This document shows positions 23,788-29,984 of a stretch of 29,984 nt of DNA, piece by piece (the first letter of the stretch is position 1; each line of letters starts with the position of its first letter). The stretch spans positions 1 through 29,984 of the forward strand of contig JACVRU010000001.1 of NCBI GenBank assembly GCA_014534295.1. The letters are read 5' to 3'. This stretch comes from Thermoleophilia bacterium. GTDB lineage: Bacteria; Actinomycetota; Thermoleophilia; Gaiellales; Gaiellaceae. The notes below the pieces were generated by a model. The model did not search any database. It saw only the letters and a list, made by a program, of their open reading frames with translations, and had not been told where the DNA came from. The position numbers and the translations under genes were made by a program.

Positions 23788-23817
23788 CGGGAGCGGCCGC
23801 GTCGGCGGCCGCTCCCG
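23788..23817 (-). other. Intra-operon hairpin directly downstream of the substrate-binding protein gene
   Basis: CGGGAGCGGCCGC-GTCG-GCGGCCGCTCCCG is a perfect 13-bp stem with no U-tract. Confidence 0.8.
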
Positions 23818-23838
23818 TGCTCCTCGGCTGCCCTCGGC

Positions 23839-24762
23839 CTACGGGCAGACCGTTTCCGCAGGAGGCTCGCTGGCCGGCGCGTACCCGAACGTGTTGTTCG
23901 GCCGAAGGATGTTCTTCGCAAACGCGGCCACGAAGCGCGGCGGGACGGTGTTCTGCAGGATCGGGTAGAACCGGTCGGCCTTCCGCATCAGCTCAAGCCT
24001 CGAGTTGACCCATCGCTGCATCGCTCTGTACCCCTGCCTCATCCCGATCCCGTACGGGAGGGGGAGGAAGAGGTCGTTCGTGAGCTTCAGGTCGCGGTTC
24101 GTGGCAGCGATCCCGACGAGGACGGTGTCGTCCCACATGAGCGTGTCCGCCCGGCCCTGCTCGAACGTGAGCCGCGCGTTCGTCAGGTTGTCCTGCACGA
24201 TCAGGTTCGTGCTCGTGAAGCACTTCCTGACCCACGTCTCGTAGATCGAGCCGCTCGTTGTAACGACCGTCTTGCCCGCGAGATCCCGGAGCGAGTTGAT
24301 TCCGGCGTTGTTGCGGACGAGCAGCCGCCCGGTCGCCTTGTAGTACGCGCGCGAGAAGTCGATCCGCGTGTCGCGGGCGCGGGTGTACGTGAAGGTCGAG
24401 ATGACTAGGTCGACTCGTCCGGTCGTAATCAGCGGTTCGCGGGCGGGCGTGGGCGCGCAGACGAAGCTGACGCGGCTTGCCCGGCCAAACGCGTAGCGCG
24501 CGAACCAGCGGGCGATCTCGACGTCGAAGCCCTGGTGCTTGCCGCGGACGTCGATGTAGCCGAACGGCGGCGCGTCGCACTTGACCCCGATGATCCAGCG
24601 CTTGCGGTTCTTGACCGCCGTCGGCAGCGGCGGCAGCGTGGCGGCCTCCGCCTGCGGGGCAGTCGCGTGCGCCGGTCCGACCGCAGGCGCCGAGAGCGCC
24701 CAGGCTGCGAACGTCGCCGAGACGGCCGCCGCGAGGGCGACCGCCAGTGTGAGTCGCTTCAT
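23839..24762 (-). CDS. Polar amino-acid ABC substrate-binding protein (SBP_bac_3, Glu/Asp-like)
   Basis: AGGAGGAG SD, ATGA overlap with the ATPase stop, signal peptide, [36 protein letters not shown]. Confidence 0.92.
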   Translation of the reverse strand: MKRLTLAVALAAAVSATFAAWALSAPAVGPAHATAPQAEAATLPPLPTAVKNRKRWIIGVKCDAPPFGYIDVRGKHQGFDVEIARWFARYAFGRASRVSFVCAPTPAREPLITTGRVDLVISTFTYTRARDTRIDFSRAYYKATGRLLVRNNAGINSLRDLAGKTVVTTSGSIYETWVRKCFTSTNLIVQDNLTNARLTFEQGRADTLMWDDTVLVGIAATNRDLKLTNDLFLPLPYGIGMRQGYRAMQRWVNSRLELMRKADRFYPILQNTVPPRFVAAFAKNILRPNNTFGYAPASEPPAETVCP

Positions 24763-25574
24763 TCGTCTCCTCCTTGGTGTTGTTCCTCGGCCAACTCCTC
24801 GAGGGAGTGGGCGAGCTGCAGCGTCCGCCTGAGGAACGTCTTCGTCTCCTCGTGCTGCGGACGGTCGAGCACTTGCACCGGCACGCCCTCCTCGACGATC
24901 CGGCCCTGGTCCATGAACACGACGCGGTCGCCCACCTCGCGGGCGAACTGCATCTCGTGGGTGACGACGATCATCGTCATCCCGTCGCGGGCGAGATCGC
25001 GCATGACGACGAGCACCTCGCCGACGAGCTCCGGGTCGAGCGCCGACGTGACCTCGTCGAAGAGCATCACGTGCGGCTCCATCATCAGGGCCCGGGCGAT
25101 CGCGACGCGCTGCTGCTGGCCGCCCGAGAGCTGGTGGGGATGCTGGTCCGCCTTCTCCGCCAGCCCGACACGGTCGAGCAGCTCGCGTGCCCGGTGCTCG
25201 GCCTGGTCGCGGGAGAGCTTCTTGATCCGCCGCGCGGCGAGCGTCAGGTTGTCGATCGCCTTCAGGTGCGGGAAGAGGTTGAACTGCTGGAAGACGATCC
25301 CCACGCGCTGGCGGACGGCCGACACGTCGACGCCCTTGCGCGTGATCTCGTTCCCCTCCAGGAAGATCCGGCCGCTGTCGATCGGCTCGAGCAGGTTGAT
25401 GCAGCGCAGGAGCGTGCTCTTCCCGCTGCCGCTGCGCCCGATGACGACGAGGACCTCGCCCGCGGCCACGTCGAGGTCGATCCCGTCCAGGACCAGGTTC
25501 GAGCCAAAGCTCTTGCGGAGCTCCACGCAACGCACGATCGGCCCTCCGCTCGCCTGGACTGCTGCTGACGTCAC
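24759..25574 (-). CDS. Polar amino-acid ABC ATP-binding protein (GlnQ family)
   Basis: [44 protein letters not shown]. Confidence 0.96.
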   Translation of the reverse strand: MTSAAVQASGGPIVRCVELRKSFGSNLVLDGIDLDVAAGEVLVVIGRSGSGKSTLLRCINLLEPIDSGRIFLEGNEITRKGVDVSAVRQRVGIVFQQFNLFPHLKAIDNLTLAARRIKKLSRDQAEHRARELLDRVGLAEKADQHPHQLSGGQQQRVAIARALMMEPHVMLFDEVTSALDPELVGEVLVVMRDLARDGMTMIVVTHEMQFAREVGDRVVFMDQGRIVEEGVPVQVLDRPQHEETKTFLRRTLQLAHSLEELAEEQHQGGDE

Positions 25575-25623
25575 TCCGCCCTCCGGCCCACGAATGAGCC
25601 TCGATCAAAGTGAGTCGACGGGC

Positions 25624-25639
25624 CCAAGTCAAGACCAGT
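25624..25639. promoter_or_regulatory. GntR/HutC-type (dre-like) operator candidate overlapping a minus-strand TTGACT
   Basis: CCAAGTCAAGACCAGT matches 12/16 of ACTGGTCTAGACCAGT with a perfect right half. TTGACT on the minus strand at 25632-25627. Confidence 0.35.
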
Positions 25640-25726
25640 TTTTCCGGGCCGCGCCCAGCGGTTCTCCCAGCAGGCAAGCCGTCGTAGTGCGATATTTCCC
25701 GGACGCGAGCGGCGAAAGGGGGCAAC

Positions 25727-26848
25727 ATGCGAAGCACGCTGATCCGGCAGCTCGCCATCGCCCTGATCGGAGTCGTGTTCGTCGCGTCCGGGTGCAACCT
25801 CGGCGGAGACGACGACGACGACGGGGGCGAGGCGGGCGGCGAGACGCAGACGCAGACGCAGCCCGGCCAGACTGGCGGAGACCTGCTCCAGACGGTCACG
25901 AGCCGCGGCAGGCTGATCTGCGGCGTCAACGACGCCGTGCCGGGCTTCGGGTTCGTCACCGAGGGCGGCGACTTCGAGGGGTTCGACATCGACTACTGCC
26001 GCGCCGTGGCGGCGGGGATCCTCGGCGATCCCGAAGCGGTCGACTTCAGGCCGCTGACGGCCGAGCAGCGGTTCACCGCGCTCCAGGCGGGCGAGGTGGA
26101 CGTCCTGATCCGCAACACGACCTGGACGTCGAGCCGCGACGGCTCGGAGGGGGCCCGCTTCCTGACAACGACGTTCTACGACGGTCAGGGGATGATGGTG
26201 CAGGCGGACTCGGAGTTCCAGGAGCTCGAGGATCTGGACGGCGCGACCATCTGCGTCCTCTCGGGCACGACCACCGAGCTCAACCTCGCAGCGCAGTTCG
26301 AGGCCCGGAACCTCGACTTCGAGCCCCTGTCCTTCGAGGACAACGATCCCCTGCAGCAGGCCTTCCAGCAGGGCCGCTGCGAGGCGTGGTCCTCCGACCT
26401 GTCGCAGCTCGCGGGCATCCGGTCGAACTGGCCTGACGGCGAGGGCGGCCCGGAGGCGCTACGGATCCTCGACGTGACGATGTCGAAGGAGCCCCTCGGG
26501 CCCGTCGTGGCGGACGGCCAGGAGGACTTCGCGGACGCGGTCAACTGGATCGTGATCGCGACGATCCAGGCCGAGGAGTTCGGGATCACGTCGGAGAACA
26601 TCGACGAGCAGCTGAACTCCGAGGACCCGGAGGTCCAGCGCTTCCTCGGCCAGCCGGTCGAGGGCGAGCCGTTCGATCCGGGTCTCAACCTCGACGCCGA
26701 GTTCGCCGCGAACGTCGTCCGGGCGGTGGGCAACTACGGCGAGATCTTCGAGCGGAACGTCGGCCCCGACACGGGGCTCGGCCTCGAGCGCGGACTCAAC
26801 GCGCTCTGGACCGAAGGCGGGCTCCATTACCCGCCGCCGTACCGCTAG
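25727..26848 (+). CDS. aapJ: General L-amino-acid ABC substrate-binding lipoprotein (AapJ/BztA family)
   Basis: Lipobox ASGC, RGRLICGVN, GFDIDYCRAVAAG, RNTTWTSSRD, FYDGQG, SKEPLGP, VGNYGEIFERN, GLNALW...PPYR. Confidence 0.93.
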   Translation: MRSTLIRQLAIALIGVVFVASGCNLGGDDDDDGGEAGGETQTQTQPGQTGGDLLQTVTSRGRLICGVNDAVPGFGFVTEGGDFEGFDIDYCRAVAAGILGDPEAVDFRPLTAEQRFTALQAGEVDVLIRNTTWTSSRDGSEGARFLTTTFYDGQGMMVQADSEFQELEDLDGATICVLSGTTTELNLAAQFEARNLDFEPLSFEDNDPLQQAFQQGRCEAWSSDLSQLAGIRSNWPDGEGGPEALRILDVTMSKEPLGPVVADGQEDFADAVNWIVIATIQAEEFGITSENIDEQLNSEDPEVQRFLGQPVEGEPFDPGLNLDAEFAANVVRAVGNYGEIFERNVGPDTGLGLERGLNALWTEGGLHYPPPYR

Positions 26849-26855
26849 CCGAGCC

Positions 26856-26884
26856 GACGGGGGCGCCTTCGCGGCGCCCCCGTC
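26856..26884 (+). other. Intra-operon hairpin directly downstream of the substrate-binding protein gene
   Basis: GACGGGGGCGCC-TTCGC-GGCGCCCCCGTC is a perfect 12-bp stem. Confidence 0.8.
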
Positions 26885-26893
26885 CTTCACCCG

Positions 26894-28036
26894 GTGAGCC
26901 GTCCGGCACCCTGGCGCGACGTCCGCGTCCTGCGGATCGCCTTCCAGGCGGCCTTCCTCGTCGCCGTCGTCGCATTCGTGCTCTGGATCGTGGACAACAC
27001 GGTCGGCAACCTGGAGCGCAGGGGCATACGCACGAGCTTCGACTTCCTCGACCAGCCGGCCGGCTTCCGCATCCCCGGCTCGGACTTCCGCACGTCGCAG
27101 AGCATCGGCGACGCGATCCTCGTCGGCGTCGAGACGACGATGAAGGTCTCGGCGATCGGCATCGTGCTCGCCTTCCTGCTCGGCGTCTTCGTGGGAGTCG
27201 CCCGGCTGAGCCCCAACTGGCTCGTGCGCCGGGCGGCCGCGCTCTACGTCGAGTCGCTGCGGAACGTCCCGGTGCTCGCGATCATCTTCTTCTGGTACCT
27301 GGCCGTGATTCTGAGGCTGCCCACCGTCGAGGTGGCCGGGCTCTTCGTCTTCTCGAACCGGGCCTTCGCCGTTCCGGACCTGACGCTCGAGGACGGGATC
27401 GAGCTGTTCGGGATCGCCGCCCTCGTCGGCCTGGTCGCGGCCGCGGTCGTCTGGCGCTGGCGCACGCGCCGGTTCGACGCGACCGGCGAGCCGCACCACC
27501 GTGTCCTCTGGGGCGCGGGGCTGCTCGCCGCCGTTCTCACCGTCGGCTTCTTCGCGGCCGGTCGTCCGATCGGGCTCGACACGCCGGAGCGCCTGCGGTT
27601 CGGCTTCGCCGGCGGGCTGCGGATGAGTCCCGAGTTCGCGGGCCTTCTGATCGCGCTCGTCCTCTATACGGCGAGCCACATCGCGGAGGTCGTGCGCGGC
27701 AGCATCCTAGCCGTCCAGAAGGGGCAGGGCGAAGCCGCGGACGCGCTCGGCCTCTCGCCGTTCCAGCGGCTGCGCTTCGTCGTCCTCCCGCAGGCGTTCC
27801 GAATCATGATCCCCCCGCTCGCCAACCACTTCCTCAATCTCGTGAAGAACTCGTCGCTCGGGGTCGCGATCGCCCTGCCCGAGGTGACGCGCGTCGTGCG
27901 GATCGCGATCTCGCAGCGCGCTCCGGCGCCCCAGTCGATCGTGATGCTGATGGGCATCTATCTCGTCTTCTCCCTGTCGATCGCGCTCGTCACGAACCTC
28001 GTCAACCGGCGGCTGCAGCTGAAGGGGCGGACGTGA
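26894..28036 (+). CDS. aapQ: General L-amino-acid ABC permease (AapQ/BztB family)
   Basis: SFDFLDQPAGF, RLSPNWL, YVESLRNVP, IAEVVRGSI, GQGEAADALGL, KNSSL. Confidence 0.92.
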   Translation: MSRPAPWRDVRVLRIAFQAAFLVAVVAFVLWIVDNTVGNLERRGIRTSFDFLDQPAGFRIPGSDFRTSQSIGDAILVGVETTMKVSAIGIVLAFLLGVFVGVARLSPNWLVRRAAALYVESLRNVPVLAIIFFWYLAVILRLPTVEVAGLFVFSNRAFAVPDLTLEDGIELFGIAALVGLVAAAVVWRWRTRRFDATGEPHHRVLWGAGLLAAVLTVGFFAAGRPIGLDTPERLRFGFAGGLRMSPEFAGLLIALVLYTASHIAEVVRGSILAVQKGQGEAADALGLSPFQRLRFVVLPQAFRIMIPPLANHFLNLVKNSSLGVAIALPEVTRVVRIAISQRAPAPQSIVMLMGIYLVFSLSIALVTNLVNRRLQLKGRT

Positions 28037-29289
28037 GCACCTCGCCTCTCCAGGAGCCGATCCCCGTCCCGGAGGAGGGGCAGCCGATCACGCAGCTCGG
28101 CCCCCGCGAGTGGGCCCGGCAGAACCTCTTCCGCACGTGGTTCGACACGGCCCTCACGGTCGTCTTCTCCCTCATCCTCGCCTGGGCGCTCTACCGCGCG
28201 GGCCGGTTCGTCTTCTTCACCGGCCGCTGGGAGATCATCGACCGGAACCTCACCAACCTGCTCGTCTTCCGCTTCCCCCGTGACGAACTCTGGCGAGTCT
28301 GGACCGGGCTGTTCGTGCTCGCCGGCACCTTCGGCGTGGCTGCGGGCTCGGCGGCGCGGACGCGCGACCAGGCCGTGGCGGAGGGGCGGGTCGCCCCGCC
28401 GGAGGAACGGCTGGTGCTGCGCCGGTTCGGACCCGTCCTGCTGCTCGTGGCGGTGCTCCTCTACTTCGCGGGCACGCTCTCGGCCTTCCTCCTGACGGCG
28501 GGCGTCGCGGTGGTCGCCGTCGCCGCCCGCTTCGCGGGCTACCGCGTGCCGCCGAACCGCGCCGGCTGGGGATTCGCAGTCGGCATCCTCGGACTCGTCG
28601 CCGCCTTCACCGTGATCCTCGGCTTCGGAGGCGTGGGCTGGGACCGCTGGGGCGGCCTGATGCTGACGATCTTCCTGGCGGTGGGCGGAATCACGATCTC
28701 GTTCCCGATCGGGGTCCTGCTCGCGCTCGGCCGACGCTCGACGTTCCCGGCGGTACGGGTGGTGTGCGTGGGCTACATCGAGCTCATCCGCGGCGTGCCC
28801 CTGATCACGGTGCTCTTCATGGGCGCGTTCATGCTGGGCTTCTTCCTGCCGCCGGGCACGGAGACGCCGAGCCTGGAGACTCGGGCGCTCGTCGCGCTCG
28901 TCGTCTTCACCTCCGCCTACGTTGCCGAGATCGTCCGCGGGGGGCTCCAGTCCGTCCCGCGCGGGCAGATCGAGGCCGCCTACGCGGTCGGCCTCTCCCC
29001 GCTCCGCACGACCGCTCTGATCGTGCTGCCGCAGGCCCTGCGCGCGGTGATCCCGGCCATGGTCGGCCAGTTCATCACGCTGTTCAAGGATACGTCCCTG
29101 GTCGCGATCATCGGGCTCACGGAGCTACTCGGCGTGTCGAGCATCGTCACGAGCCAGCCCGACTTCCTCGGACAGGGCCTCATCTTCGAGACGCTCGTCT
29201 TCGCCGCCTTCGTGTACTGGGTGGGGTCATACTCGATGTCCAGGGAGAGCCAGCGCCTCGAGCGCCGACTGGGGGTGGGGCAGCGATGA
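28033..29289 (+). CDS. aapM: General L-amino-acid ABC permease (AapM/BztC family)
   Basis: W...NLF..WF start, [52 protein letters not shown]. Confidence 0.92.
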   Translation: MSTSPLQEPIPVPEEGQPITQLGPREWARQNLFRTWFDTALTVVFSLILAWALYRAGRFVFFTGRWEIIDRNLTNLLVFRFPRDELWRVWTGLFVLAGTFGVAAGSAARTRDQAVAEGRVAPPEERLVLRRFGPVLLLVAVLLYFAGTLSAFLLTAGVAVVAVAARFAGYRVPPNRAGWGFAVGILGLVAAFTVILGFGGVGWDRWGGLMLTIFLAVGGITISFPIGVLLALGRRSTFPAVRVVCVGYIELIRGVPLITVLFMGAFMLGFFLPPGTETPSLETRALVALVVFTSAYVAEIVRGGLQSVPRGQIEAAYAVGLSPLRTTALIVLPQALRAVIPAMVGQFITLFKDTSLVAIIGLTELLGVSSIVTSQPDFLGQGLIFETLVFAAFVYWVGSYSMSRESQRLERRLGVGQR

Positions 29290-29984
29290 GCACCGAGCAG
29301 TTGCGATCGGCAGCCACGGAGCCCGGAACGGGAGCGCCGATCATCGTCTGCGAGGGAGTGGAGAAGTGGTTCGACTCGTTCCAGGCCCTGAGCGGGGTCG
29401 ACCTCGTCGTCGGACGCCAGGAGGTGGTGGTCGTCTGCGGCCCGTCCGGGTCGGGGAAGTCCACGCTCATCCGGTGCATCAACCGGCTGGAGAAGCACGA
29501 CCGCGGCCGGATCGTCGTTGACGGGATCGAGCTCACCGACGACGTGCGGAACATCCAGGAGATCCGGCGGGAGGTCGGGATGGTGTTCCAGCAGTTCAAC
29601 CTCTTCCCGCACTTGACCGTCCTCGACAACATCACGCTCGCCCCGCGCCAGGTGCGCCGCTGGTCGAAGGCGCGCGCGCGGAAGACGGCGATCGAGCTGC
29701 TGGAACGCGTCCGGATCCCGGAGCAGGCGCACAAGTACCCCGGCCAGCTCTCGGGCGGGCAGCAGCAGCGGGCGGCAATCGCCCGCGCCCTCGCGATGGC
29801 GCCGAAGATCATGCTCTTCGACGAGCCCACGTCGGCGCTCGACCCGGAGATGATCAAGGAGGTGCTCGACGTCATGTTCGAGCTGGCCGCGCAGGGCATG
29901 ACCATGATCGTCGTCACCCACGAGATGGGCTTCGCCAGGGGCGTGGCCGACCTCATGGTGTTCATGGACCGCGGCGAGATCGTC
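29286..29984 (+). CDS. aapP: General L-amino-acid ABC ATP-binding protein (AapP/BztD family), truncated by the window end
   Basis: ATGA overlap, [48 protein letters not shown], open to base 29984. Confidence 0.95.
   Translation, partial: MSTEQLRSAATEPGTGAPIIVCEGVEKWFDSFQALSGVDLVVGRQEVVVVCGPSGSGKSTLIRCINRLEKHDRGRIVVDGIELTDDVRNIQEIRREVGMVFQQFNLFPHLTVLDNITLAPRQVRRWSKARARKTAIELLERVRIPEQAHKYPGQLSGGQQQRAAIARALAMAPKIMLFDEPTSALDPEMIKEVLDVMFELAAQGMTMIVVTHEMGFARGVADLMVFMDRGEIV

Noticed and set aside
23839-25989. 716-aa apparent fusion upstream of the substrate-binding protein
   Set aside because: The extension is an alternate frame of the ATPase. The SBP has its own SD and ATG at 24762.

Overview
High-GC bacterial chromosomal window with an actinobacterial look. 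Thermoleophilia/Gaiellales is my inference from the style of the hypothetical and secreted proteins; no marker gene is present. In order: the end of a SixA-like gene; an ABC-2 exporter; two convergent alpha/beta hydrolases overlapping on a shared palindrome; a minus-strand tag glycosylase and an in-frame GH3 (NagZ-like)-GrpB fusion; wreckage of an amino-sugar cluster (sugar permease and SIS-domain fragments joined at a deletion junction); a large AAA-LuxR (LAL) regulator flanked by three PD40/TolB-like genes (one decayed), a deacetylase remnant, a cupin and a collagen-like gene, with a shared promoter motif on both sides; tRNA-Arg(CCT); an accessory block of secreted proteins (Pro-rich, HYR/FN3, S1 protease, 21-repeat Ca-binding beta-roll); a cluster of very small membrane proteins with SigB/SigF-like promoters; a polar amino-acid ABC operon ending in an MJ0158/SelA-like PLP enzyme; and a divergent general L-amino-acid ABC operon (aapJQMP-like) running off the end. 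No integrase, transposase, CRISPR array or rRNA was seen. Family names come from motif recognition by eye, not from database searches.
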